Source of the DNA: Phoronis australis
Taxonomy: Eukaryota > Animalia > Phoronida
Assembly (NCBI GenBank): GCA_002633005.1
Contig: NMRA01000098.1
Span: 230,384 to 293,711 of the forward strand
DNA: 63,328 bases
Direction: 5' to 3'
The notes below the pieces were generated by a model. The model saw only the letters and a list, made by a program, of their open reading frames with translations, was not told the DNA's origin and ran no database searches. Position numbers and translations under genes: made by a program. Positions 1-13,900 of this stretch are shown piece after piece. Position 1 is the first letter of the stretch, and the number at the start of each line of letters is the position of its first letter.

Positions 1-1761
1 CTGTTCTACATTCCATGTCTCTCACTGTTGCATTTCAAACTCATATACAAAGCCAGACTGTCACTGAGAGAATCACAACCAGGGGTGCATTCTGTAGACC
101 CACGAATTTTGCCAAAAAGCAAAACGAAATAAAATCATGTGAGTATTGCACCAACCTGTTCGAGACCTTACTAAAATAACCCAACACAATGGCGACCACT
201 GAAGGATTATTTGGTCAAAATACTGAATTATAGGACAGACTTCATGAATTATGGGTCAAAAATCACTGTTAGCATACCACAAGAGTGAAGATTTTTCACT
301 TTAAGTTCATAGCTAATGTCTTGGATTTACGCAACATATTCCTGGACACAGCATGATCCAAGATTTGCACAGTATCAAAGCAAATGACAAAAGTAATAGC
401 CAATATGCAGATCCAACATTTTGAAAGCCGTAGCCTCTGGTGCCACGGTGCACCTTGGGATATATCAGTAACCACTTTGCATTGTCCCGGCTGATAACGG
501 TGGCCTGTAAACGTAGTGATGATTTAGCTGTTGTGTGGCTGGATGTTTTAATAACAACAAGAAACAGCAGCATCTGAAGTATTACGAGTTCCCAAAAATC
601 CAGAGGCTAAAAACTTATTGGTGAAAAACATTGGCAGAGCTTGAGATAAGGGCAAGTTTAGTGAGTTCGTCTTGTGCATAAACTTGTGCCTTTTTAAAAG
701 CTGTGTACCCTCATATCAGAAGTGAGTCATAGCCAATAACACTAAGGAGTGGTCAGGTTTATTTCAAATGGGGGTATCTGAAAAAGCTTTTGATTATACT
801 GTCCCTTGCTTCGGTCGTCTGCTGAGCTTGTTCACACCAGACAACACTTTGGAAAAGTGCAGATCTGAAGCAAAGCTGAGTACTAATAATATCATAGTGA
901 AAATAATCATTTTGTGTTTATTAAGCTATTACTTGTCAGCAAGTTGGAGAGACATCCAGATACATGGTTTGGAAGGTCATTTAATTCAGTCATGTGGTAG
1001 ATCGAGTAAAGTGATTCGTCTTCTAACGCTTTCAAGTTTTTGTCCTCTGGACGTGATTTTCTAGTGAACAACATCACTCAAAAGCCCGAAAAAATGTTAA
1101 ACGCTTTAGCAGCATATCTACAAAATTTATATGTAAGTGCAAATTAGGGTGAAAAGGGGTAAAAAAACTGTAAAACTAGTATTTGTCTTGCAACAATTTT
1201 GACGCCCTTTTTGCTTAATGCAGCAAACGATTGAGCTCTGCTACGGTGCACGATTCAAAGCGCTTGTTTACAACAGCCCCAGCAACGTGACAAATTTTCT
1301 TCGTTCATCTTTGTTTATACAGTTCACGCACAGCATGTGAGAACACTTGGTTACTCCAGTCAATCCCAGTATGACAAGCACACTCCATTTCTGAATATGG
1401 GCTATTAGACAAAATACCATTTGCCTGGTCTTGATGGGTAATTTTGCTAGGAGTGATAACTATTAGGGCCACAAAATTGTGGTTGCAAAATGGCCAACTT
1501 TACTGTTAACTCCCCTACATTCTTGGTCATCAGGGGAGACTACTCTGAGGATGAATTTAACTTCCACCTAACCGTCATGACGGGGAATTCTCAGTCATTT
1601 TTCTGAATACTTTTGTCTTGTACTGTAGTTCAGAAACAAACATTACTCAATCTATTACAAGAACAGATATCAAAGCATACAATCTGAAGGCCAGTCCATT
1701 ATGCCACCCACTTCGCTCAAGTCCACACACGTCCTAGCTACAGGTCTATGCCATAACTTAC

Positions 1762-1982
1762 AGTTTCAGAAACAGCGAGGACGTCACCACGGAAACACTC
1801 GAGGCTGCCATGGCAGCGGACGCCATCCATGGTTGGAGCTGAAGCCCGATAGGCATGAAGACGCCAGCAGCGATGGGGATGCCGAGTAAGTTGTAGATGG
1901 TGGCGAAGCCAAAGTTGAGCCGGATGCGCCACACCGTCTTCTTGGAGAGGCTCATGGCCGCCACCACATCTAGCAGGTCATT
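1762..1982 (-). CDS. ATP7: ATP7 exon 19 (last two TM helices, YN and MAASS)
   Basis: ccttcag acceptor, GTAAGT donor in phase 2, 221 nt. The terminal exon was not found, probably beyond the left edge. Confidence 0.94.
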
Positions 1983-4900
1983 CTGAAGGCAGACATGTAC
2001 CACTTAATACATACAGCAAGACTAAGCATCTATGCGAAATTCATGCAAAGGACTCCATCACAAAAGCAAAATTTGTCAAATTTACATTTTCCATCTTTTC
2101 GATGAACAGAAGAGCAAATTCAGAAAACAAATCTTTTGTACGTAACGATCTCTATAGGTTAGGTATAGCAGACCCGATAAAGTTAGAGAAGACAGCAAAA
2201 AAGAAAATGGCAATTACCAAATGTGAAACCACAGAATATTCACGAGGTACTACGTAGAGTGCATTATACAGTCACAGAATGAGCAAAAGGGACAACTTGC
2301 AATACATACATTTAACTTAAATGACAACTTATCAAAAAATCCCAGTGCCATATTATCACACATATTCTCCACGAAGCAAACTTTTGATTACTAAGATCAC
2401 TTGCCACTATAAAGTTGGTCATGACTTGTTCTTTACTCAGGTGGGACGTGATTTCTGGGTTTTGCAAAGTCCTAACCGTTCATTATTCCTTGAGATGACG
2501 CCTGGCGCATGAAATTACAGGCCGTGATTATTAGCAAGATGTAGAGCTTGATCTCAAGCAATAACGAACTACCAGCTCTTTAAAAACCTTGAAATTGCCT
2601 AAAATACGACTAACAAGTATTTTGAGACCAATTTGATAATGGCAATTGGTCTAAATCAAAATTCAGTTTTGTAACGAAAGGCAGGTTTACAGCTGCTTGC
2701 GTGTATAAAAACTGTGACATCACACGGTCACAAAGGAAGGTCACACTCCGACTCACTCTAATCAACACGACGTCTGCTGCTTCTACTGCCACGTCGGTGC
2801 CAGTTCCTATAGCTATGCCGACGTCGGCTTGTGCTAACGCAGGCGAGTCGTTGACCCCATCACCCACCATTGCGACCTTATACCCTTCTTGTTGGATCTG
2901 CTTCACTTTGGCTACTTTGTGCGATGGTAAGACCTCAGCAAACACCTTGTTAATACCGACCTAGATAGAAATTGTGGAAGACGTGATGGCACTGCTAAAT
3001 ACCAACATGAAACATAGCAACAAAAAAATTTAGACAAACATGCCTTTCGGCAACTTATCCATTCACTGCTAACTCGTCTATAAGCAAATTTGTCGGATTG
3101 GGTTCTTGCCCGATATTGACCTCGTAAATCCTAACTTTCATGAGGGATATCTACAGTTTAATGGTATCACAAGACCACAGGACAACACTGTCACCAAATA
3201 CCGAACGAAAATAATTTGTTACTTTTGAAGAAACCTCTGTCACACAGAATTGGCTGATGGATGGAAGTGCAGTGGAAATGTCTTTACCTGTTTTGCTATG
3301 GCCTTGGCCGTTTTCACGTTGTCACCAGTGAGAAGTGCCACCTCCAGGCCCATCTTGCGTAGTGTGTATACAGCCAGGTGTGCCTCTGATTTGACCATGT
3401 CTGCCACAGCCAACATAGCAACCAAATGACCTAAAGGGAGTGCGCAGGTTGTCAGTCAAGGAATACAATTAGCAAACATTTGTGTGTTCAAAAATGAAAC
3501 CTTCAAATGAACTTGGGCGTGAAAATTATGAAGTTACCTCATTTTTATCTCAGTTTGAATTTCCAGAGACCAGAGATCAACAAAATAGGTACACAGATAC
3601 CAAGATTTTCTTCTTATTTTTTCTAACCACTTAATAATAAATTATATATACTCGTCTTTGTCAATAAGTGTATCTTATGAAAGTAATGTGTACCCTTTGC
3701 GACCTGCTCTAAAGCAGACATACCAACATATACCACCAGGAGCGTTCCTATACAGCACCAGGAGGGTTTCTATACACCAACTGGAGGGTCCCTATACACC
3801 ACCAGGAGGGTCCCTATACACCATCAGGAGGGTCCTTATAGACTAAAAAACTGACCAAAGACATAGGGCAAAATCTAAAAGACAGTATAATCGAAGTATA
3901 ACACCATTGGTAAATTTTAATTGGGTCAAATCTCGTGTACAAAAGTTTGGCATGCTTGGGCCAAGGTGAAATTGCTCTGAGAGCCTCGCATTCATAAATG
4001 TCTGAGGTCCGAATCTTACCATCAATTGCGCATAAGACGGCTGTGTGGCCCTTGTGTTCACACTCCGCCATTGTGTCGTCCACCTCATTCGTAATGTCAA
4101 ACCCATTGCGACTCATCCACTCTCGGTTGCCAATCAGCACGTCATAGGTCTTAGACGCAGCAGCTCCAATATCTGCAGCAACGTATACATCTTAAACACA
4201 GCATTAACAACTATTATTCCACCTTTACAACTTTTAAGAGACAGACAGTGCTTTAATGTTTCAATCTCAAACCATGAAATCAATAAAAATAATAAAATAC
4301 AAAGAATGTACAAACATTTAGAAATCTTGGGCACATTTTATCTAAGGTCATAAGTGCGATCATGGTAGATAAGACAATTGCAGGCATGTTATTGCAATGG
4401 TGACTGTGCCTTTTTTGCAAAAGCAAAACATTGCTTTCAAGTGACTGTAGTTCACACTTGAGTTAAAAGTCCAACTTCATAAATCACATTTTAACGAGTT
4501 GTTAGACAACAAACATTGATTAGAAACTCTCATTTTAGCTGCAACCAGTCTTAAGATCTTTGAGAGGACAGCCCCCAAGTATTCAAAAACAGTGTGTTAA
4601 TATTACTGCGCTCATCACCTACCCGCCAATATATCAGACGACGGCAAAACCTGCTGGTTCTCGTTCACGCCTGTCACTGTCACATGATAACTAGAGTTGC
4701 TTTCGCTGCGGTTCAACCCATTCATCACGTGGTCGGACGCCTGGCTCATCATCGCCTCAATCCCACTGACCTTCACCTTCAGCCCACAACCGGGTACTGC
4801 CTGGAAGTCACTGGTTTTGCCCACTTTATCCGTGTTCAGACGCTGTGACAGAAAGTAGTTCCCAACTAAATTGCAGTCAAGTGAAGTAGTGGCAACATTA

Positions 4901-7900
4901 CATTGAATTAATTAATTTCAAGGCATTGTGAAATATGTGAGGGAAAAAATGTAAGAAATAAGAATTCAAAGCAGTTTCAAAACAGCCTTCTAAATACAGT
5001 GTTAAAGCAACTATAGGTACCAAAAAGTCATATTTTGAAAAAAATCTACTGACAGGAATATTAAAGCAGTGAGGCAGAAAAGTTAGGCATACTCATATGT
5101 CCTACAGTTAGTTCAAGAACTCCTCTTATCAATCTTCTTTGGTTTTACATTTTCTAACAATTCTTCTTTTAGCATATTAAACATTTAACAAAACATTTAG
5201 CAAAATAACATGATAAGAAAGACCACTTCATTTTCAAACTTACTCACTACAAGCAATCTCGTCACATTCAAAAACCAAACAGAAGTGAGCTTTCAAACTA
5301 CTTTTCACAAATGTTGACATGTGCTTATTATACTCCATAAGTCACTATATGCGTCACTATGCCCATCATAAACTAATGAATGTACAATTGAAATTTACCT
5401 TCTTGACGTACTTTACAATGGCGGTGGCAATGGGGTGTTCACTGCTGGCCTCAGCAGTTCCTGCGATGGCCAACAGATGGCGGAACGTGCAGACACTGCC
5501 AGAGACAAACATGGCGATTTTGGACACCCGTGGCACCCCGTGTGTGATGGTACCTGTCTTGTCAAACACGATGCTCCGCACCTACAGAGCAAAAGAACAA
5601 AGCAATACTTCACTACTTTTAATTAATAACAATTTCAAATTAAATGATTACAACTACTGTACATGGCAAGCTCACAATTATTAAACAAATTACACCAGAA
5701 ATAAATAAAGGCAAAACGACACTGACTACAATGCCATGATGAAGAAACATCATGATGACTAAGCGCAAGCCGAATTTCTAATAGGAAGGAGAATTCACCT
5801 CCAGAGACAACATGTTGAGTCATGATCAGGGTCTGACATCCAGTCTTTGTACTCAAAATTGAGCTCCAAATTATTTTTGGTATTTTCCGCTTTACCATTG
5901 TACAAACCCATAGTAAGTGTCCATTACCATAAGCTCAAGTATGATGCACTGTATTATGGGTTACACAGATTAGTTTCTGGTGCATGCTTGCACTCAATGA
6001 CAGCTAGATTTCCCATTCAGAAACGAACTTCTACCTTTAATGCTGGGGTCATCAAATGCAAACTAGCATCACACAGTCACCCACATAAACCAAAATGTTC
6101 TCAAGCATGTAGTAATAGACACTATCTTCGAGTACACACTAAAGCAGACTTGAAAATTTTTAAAATAATCTTAAGTATGATTTTGAATACAAAAATCAGA
6201 TTCCGATTCCCGCAAAACAGAACTACATCCGATTATTTGCGGCACATTTTGCAATAATTATTACAATTAATGTATCGTGCAATCCTTTTCAAGGATTTCA
6301 CGCCCTTGATGAGAATCCCTTTGGCAGCTTAGATCACAACCACTACAATAGTAAGAGCATGTTTAAAATACACTGTAAACAAAACACGCTAACACCTACC
6401 TTGTGAGCACTCTCTAATGGCTCACCCCCCTTGATGAGTATCCCATTGGTAGCTCCCACCCCGGTGCCTACCATTACCGCTGTGGGAGTGGCAAGTCCCA
6501 GGGAGCATGGGCAGGCTATAGCCAGAACAGTGATGGCGAATTTGAAAGCGTGCTCGAAGACAACTTCATACTGGTTCATGTGATCTGTCTCCTATGAAAA
6601 GGCATAAACATGAGGAGTGATTAAGAGTCAATTCAATCAGGATGATGATGAAACCAATGGAGAAGCTGTTACCAACACTGCAGACAAAAGGAATGAATAA
6701 GGCGGATAGATCCGTAACAATAAAGTTTTTGACTATAGCTACCCTATTCCATGGAATAACACAAATAAAGATACACAATGAACGCAGGCCAGCAATAAAC
6801 ATGAATGGCATGATTACACCCACACATGGTGGCTGCACGACTACTTTTAAACCTAAAACGTTTTAATATGAGCATTTCTCTACTTACATCCCATGTGGGG
6901 TCGACTAATTTAACATCAACCAGACCAATGATAGACCAGACGATCAGCGTGGCGGTTGACAGGCCACAGACGACAGGAACAAAGTAGCCCGCGATCTTGT
7001 CAGCAAGCTGTTGAATAGGTGCCTAGAACAGAGATGAGTAAAAAAAGTTTTGTACAGTTGTAGTGTCATGGTATCTTCAGAATTACCGTATTCGCCCTAA
7101 TAAGTGCCCAGGCACTTACAAAAATTTGTTTCGGGGGGGCTCTTATTGTAACGTAAAGCGGTTAAAACCCAGTCTTCGAAAAGGGTGAAATTGGAAGCTA
7201 GGATGTATCTCTAACCTACGACAGATTTTATTCAAAACTGTGGTGCATTGCTATCAAATTTCATTGTTGAATATTATCATAATCATTTTACAGAAAATTA
7301 TGCTGAAATTCCAAGGCAAACATCACTGCCTTGCGAACGTCGATATGTCAGCATGAATNGTTGAATAGGTGCCTAGAACAGAGATGAGTAAAAAAAGTTT
7401 TGTACAGTAGTGTCATGGTATCTTCAGAATTACCGTATTCGCCCTAATAAGTGCCCAGGCACTTACAAAAATTTGTTTCGGGGGGGGGCTCTTATTGTAA
7501 CGTAAAGCGGTTAAAACCCAGTCTTCGAAAAGGGTGAAATTGGAAGCTAGGATGTATCTCTAACCTACGACAGATTTTATTCAAAACTGTGGTGCATTGC
7601 TATCAAATTTCATTGTTGAATATTATCATAATCATTTTACAGAAAATTATGCTGAAATTCCAAGGCAAACATCACTGCCTTGCGAACGTCGATATGTCAG
7701 CATGAATAAAAATAGTTTCGACTCAATAAATTACTTGAAATTCTCACTTAAGTTTTCCAAACAGGGTCCCTAAGATTTTTAAGTTCCTGCAGAGTCGGGA
7801 TTAACAGCAAGTTAAGCTCAAATCTGCGCGAGGTCGTACCCCACAACACAAGAAAAATCTCTCGACGAACACACAATGTTGTTGTTGTGTGACGTCTGTG

Positions 7901-7921
7901 TGTGTGTGTGTGTGTGTGTAT

Positions 7922-7958
<37 letters not shown>

Positions 7959-10900
7959 CCTGTGTGTGAGTGAGCGAATGCATGCATGTCATCAGTGTTC
8001 ATTTGTCATTTTGTGTTTGATTTTACTTTATTTCCATTTTTGTTGATAAAGGAAGTTGTTACATCCGAAAATTTCAAATTTCAGTTGATCCATTCTTGTT
8101 GTTTTATTTACCGATTTATATTCTTCAGAGTAAGTGCAATGTAACAATCTAGGTGTGCATTGCAATTAAAGAACACAAGCAGTAACGCAGAAGGTGTTAT
8201 ATTTAGGACTTGTTAGTCTCGTCTATTATTAAAATGTCTTGGTAAGGCTGATATATACTAATGTCATGGCACACCAATTATGAATGAATTAAACAGTTTA
8301 AAATTAAACAATTCCTCTTAAAAATAACGCAACAGTTTTTCACAGCATTAGAAACTTTCAGAAATCAGTGCCAAGTTATTTCTTGCCGATGCTATGCCAC
8401 CCATAATTTCATGAGTAGTATCGAAGACTGGTACTCAAAGTTTGCCATTCAGCTGACGACTTGCGGTTTTCACGCGTTTAAAGAAATTTGGAATCCTGTT
8501 CAGGAAGAATTGGAAATTATGTGAATGATTCAATCCCGTTGACAAGTACACTGTGTCTGTTCTGAAAGACCAGACCACAGTGGGACACGTTCCTCACGAA
8601 ATCAGCAAAACTTTTACATTATTTTTGAAGCATGGAGGAAGTTTGAAGTGCATAGTCACGGCTAAATACCGACATAGTGGCGACATTGGTGGTTTAGAAA
8701 TTCCAAGCACAATGATTTTTTCAGGACTGTCGGATCTTGTTCACAAATTGAAGACGTTACTGTAGAATTTCAGGACTGCAGGTAAGACATTTTTCACATA
8801 TACACCTTCACGGGCTGGGCGCTTATTTCAGCGAAGTCTGAATATGCGTGGGGGTCCTTATAGGGGCATGGGTGCTTATTAGGGCAAATACGATAGTCAA
8901 GTGGCCAAGTTTTTAAACAGACTGTTTACTACAAACAGTGTCTGACCTTTCTCTGACAGGAAGTCTTACAGTATTTTGTCAACAATTTAAGAACATGAGG
9001 CACTTTATAGTGAAGTACAGTTGTTTGTTTTAATGGTGCTTCGGTCGTTCAGGGATTTGAAAAGAAGATGTTTAAATGTAACAGAGCAAATCTCCAGTGA
9101 ACACCAAAATGTGTATTTCACACCTTAACGCATAGCGTTCAGTTACATGACATATGCGAGCGTTTTAATCACACACTGCATAATCTGTTGAAAACTTTGC
9201 CAATAGATCACAAGCGTAAATGGCCGGCGTATGTGCATGATCTGGTGATGTCGTATAATTCTACTCCACACAGCACTACTAAGTACTCTCCGTTTTCTTG
9301 TTTTTTGGCAGGGAACCGAAATTTCCTTCAGATTTTCTCTGTATTTTGATGCAACGAATCTGGCAGATGGTTGCACAGACGAGTAATAAAGTTGTGAGCA
9401 GCTAAAATGAAATACACTTGGCAGCGTGCTCAGTATTTTACCGACACTTTGAATGATAGGAATAAAGCTAGAAATGATACCCGTGTGTTTACCCAATCAT
9501 TTTCGGTTGGTGCAATGGTATTTTTGAGAGATCACAGTATCATGGGGAGGAATAAAATTCAGAATGTGTTTGTTTCAATTCCTTATCGTATTGTCTGGGA
9601 GAAACAGTGTATATTCTGTGAGGGCGGCAGATGGTGCTGGATCCATAAATCTGTGAATAGGTCGGAGATCTTGGATGGTAAGGACATCGTAGGTCTCAAA
9701 TTTTTTCTCCTGCTGCTGCTGTTCTGAGCACGCTAAGTGTTGCCATGCTGGAAGTGGGATTTACATTGTGATGTCTGTGATATGAGGAGACTGAATGTTT
9801 CCCATTATCCTTCAATTCACAGCGCTTTGTTTTGCATATTGTATGTTAATGATGTCGAGATGTCAGTAAGTGTACTTCGTTTATTGTTATGCTTATTTAG
9901 TTGCTATTATTAATTTATTCTTATGCTTAATGTCTTTGTTGCGTCTCAGTGCGCTGTATAGCCTTTGTTACGTGACTGTATGTGTCGGGCACTTAGCTAG
10001 CGACAGGTCTCGGAGAAGGGTGCTTCCTACTTTGGCCTAAATGGAATTGAGCGCATGTCATGTGCAACCGAAATGAAATGTAAGTGTTAAGTTGAAATAC
10101 ACATTTTGGTGTTTACTGGAGATTTGCTTTGTTACAAAATTAAAGCAGTGTTTTGGATGTGCATCAAGTATTAGGAGATACCTCAGTTATACTATGTAAA
10201 CAATATTATGAAATACCTTGGTTACACTTTGTAAGCAAATACCAGCAGGTACCGCACACGGACACACACATGCACACACACACACACATATACCTCACTA
10301 TAGCATAAAGCATATGACACAGTCTCAGCAAATGCCACGGTCGTAGTTGCTGTTCAAGATTTATGCCTCCCTGCTCAAAGTGACTTCTTCAAAGTGACTT
10401 TTTCAGTGTGGTACTCTTTGACCTGTGCCTCTTTTTCAAAATGAAATACCCCCTTGCTTAACGCAACACACCCCTTTGCTCAAAGCGCGACTCTCTTCTT
10501 ACCTTAGAAGTCTGAGCTTCCTCCACCAGGCGGACAATTTGAGAGAGGGCACTGTCAGCACCCACGTGGGTTGCCTTGATTAGTAACATGCCGTTCTGGT
10601 TGATAGAACCACCAATAACAGATGAACCTGGATAAGAGAACTCATTTGTTAATGGACACGCACAAGAGTATTATGTATTGTATACCTAACAGTACACAAT
10701 GACGATATTGTTGTCTATAGTCAGGTGCAAGCATTATATAATCATTTAAACGAGAATGAAATTGATTCTCAGAAATCCTTAAACAAGCTCAGTATTGGTT
10801 GGATTAAAAAATTACTTAAATCCTAGACAACACGTACATTCATTATCTTTATTGTTGATGGTGGAGACAACATCAATCAAGACAGAATTGTAACACACAA

Positions 10901-13900
10901 TGATTGGTTAATCCGTGATCAAGTCACAAAGCCTGACATCTTTAGGTGACTTGCGAGACTTACATGAAACCCACTGAACAGAAATCACTGGATTTAATTT
11001 TACAAGTAGAGAACAAACAAAAATTTCATTGTAAATACTCACAATTACTAGTTTAACATGAACAGTCAACATACCTGGCTTCTTGGAAACGGGCATTGAT
11101 TCGCCAGTGATCAAGGACTCATCACACATAGAGTGTCCGTCAACGACACGAGCGTCTACAGGTACTTTCTCACCCGGAACAACCTGGAAAATACAATAGG
11201 TCAAATATAATAAGGTCAAATACTTTTGGAACCACATATCCCAATAAAGATCTGGTCAATGAGATGTCACGCATATTGTGCAAATGGTCTGTATAAGCCG
11301 AACTTATCTAAACGCTAGGCAATACTTTATTTCATAACATCTAGCGACAAAAACTCTATTATAATCCAGTAAATAGCAACGAAATTCCCTTTTAATCACT
11401 GTCGAGACAAAGTAGGTGGAAACATGTTTTATAATGGTCATGTCTTACAAAAAGGCCAAACAAACAAAACATTGCATAGCACCACATCCGCAACAATAGA
11501 CAGGATTAGACCGGCAGCCCAGAGCACTTAGCATAGATGAACGAGGTACCAACATCTGACCACGGGAGCATTTAAAGTCCACCTCAGTATGTACAGAAAT
11601 GGACGTCTGCCGTTGTCTACACTCTGGGTGTGACCCCTGGGGGCCTTACAAACAGTCCAAAAAATGAGCTAGACTAGATATTCGAGGTACCAACCAAAAC
11701 TGATTTTTAACGAATAATAGTACCGCACTGAACACCGAATGACCCATGACAGACAAATTGCACTCTGGAATGGGTCCGGCAGAAACCAAAAAAGGACCCC
11801 CCAAAAATGAGCTAGCACATACATTCGAGGTACCACACAAAACCAATTCCATATGATTCAATACATGTCACAGATCACTAAAACCCCTATGACAGACAAA
11901 TTACACTCTGGGTTGTGCCCGGCAGAAACCCCTAAAAATCTCAACCATGGTATGCCATCAAAAATTTGAGCTAGACTAGATTTTCGAGGTACCGGCCAAA
12001 ACTGATTTTAAACGAACAATAGTACCGCACTGAACACCAAATGACCCATGACAGACAAATTGCACTCTGGAATGGGTCCGGCAGAAACCAAAAAAGGACC
12101 CCCCAAAAATGAGCTAGCACATACATTCGAGNNNNNNNNNNNNNNNNNNNNNNNNNNNNNNNNNNNNNNNNNNNNNNNNNNNNNNNNNNNNNNNNNNNNN
12201 NNNNNNNNNNNNNNNNNNNNNNNNNNNNNNNNNNNNNNNNNNNNNNNNNNNNNNNNNNNNNNNNNNNNATAAATACACTTCCTAAATTAAGTAAAGATCC
12301 TGCGAACGGTTTAGGAGATACAGCCATAGGCGCAAAAAACTGCCACTAGGAGGCGCCACAGTAGTCGAAATCGTCGGAAAATCATCGTCAACCGTCCTCT
12401 ACATAGTAAGCACATACATGCCAATTTTCACAATCATCCTTTGAGCGGTTTGGTTGATAGAGGGGTGGAAGCACAAAAACAGACTCGAAAACACTAAAAA
12501 TGGCCACTAGGTGGCGCAAACTATGTCGAATCCATCTGAAAACGGCAGGATAGCGTCATCTCACTACTAGGTGCCTACATACCAAATTTCAAGAAAATCC
12601 GTTCAGGACTTTTGAAGATACAAAGGTAAGCGTAAAAAACTTAAATTGCCACTAGGGGGCACACCGGTAGTCGGATCCGTCCGAAAGTTCGCACATGCCG
12701 TCCCATTCATGAATGGAACATATGTGCCAAATTTCATGAACGTATGTCAAAGGGTTTTGGAGATAGAGCAGCGGACGCCGGACGCCAGACGCCGGACGCC
12801 GGACGGACGCCGCCCGGACGGACGGACGGACGGACGGACGGACGGACGGACGGACAGAGATGACGGCATAATGCGTCCACATATAAATATGTGGGCGCAT
12901 AATAATCCAGTAAATAGCAACAAAATTCCCTTCTAATCACTGTCGAGACAAAGTAGGTGGAAACATGTTTTATACTGGTCATGTCTTACAAAAAGGCCAA
13001 ACAAACAAAACATTGCATAGCACCATATCCATAACAATAGACAGGATTGCCCTCCTTACACAGACCAACTGACCTTGAGAATGTCTCCCCGCTGCACGAG
13101 CTCCACATTAATCTTTTTCTCCTTTAAGATGTTGCCTTCCTTGTCTACGTCCACGAGAAGCGCCTCGGTGGCTTGAAGTGACATCAGTTTAGTAAGAGCC
13201 TCGGATGTCTTACCCTGCAAGATAAGAGGGGACTGTGAACAAAGTGAAGGACACAGTGTCTTACCCTGCAAGATAAGAAGGACTGAGAACAAAGTGAAGC
13301 ATACAGTGTCTTACCCTGCAAGATAAGAGGGGACTGTGAACAAAGTGAAGGACACAGTGTCTTACCCTGCAAGATAAGAAGGACTGAGAACAAAGTGAAG
13401 CATACAGTGTCTTACCCTGTGAGATAAGAGGGGACTGTGAACAAAGTGAAGGACACAGTGTCTTACCCTGCAAGATAAGAGGGGACTGAGAACAAAGTGA
13501 AGGACACAGTGTCTTACCCTGCAAGATAAGAGGAGACTGAGAACCAAAGTGGAGGATACAGGAAAAACACAAAATATCAACTAATTGTCAGTTTTGGACA
13601 TTTTTAGAATTTAGAAATTCCAAGATAGGAGAGTTTGGATCCGAGCTAAAATTCAACAGTTGCAAGAGTAATGCCAGATTTACCCTGGAAGACAGGCAGA
13701 TAGTTTACTTACGTTTAATACAACTGAATTGGAAGGGCACTGAGGTATACCTGACTGCATTGCCAATGGTGATTTACCCAAATGAAAAACAAGTACTAAT
13801 TATGCAAAATGAATTTTTTTTTGCTGACAACAAAAGATACACTTAGCAGACAGTTAGTTGGCAATCAATTAGAACTCACTGAAAACGAAACAATTTATTC

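Noticed and set aside
313-573. Possible terminal ATP7 exon after an acceptor-like ttcag near 574
   Set aside because: The phase-compatible frame lacks the expected post-TM YxKP-like start and any ATP7-like tail, so the last exon is probably outside the window.
7748-8002. His/Thr-repeat ORFs
   Set aside because: Translation of the (GT)n microsatellite.
12646-12982. RPSV/DGRT-repeat ORFs
   Set aside because: Translation of the (GACG)n tract of a HINE-like element.
13184-13580. Cys/His-rich repetitive ORFs resembling metal-binding peptides
   Set aside because: They are translations of the acceptor minisatellite in different frames, not a separate gene.
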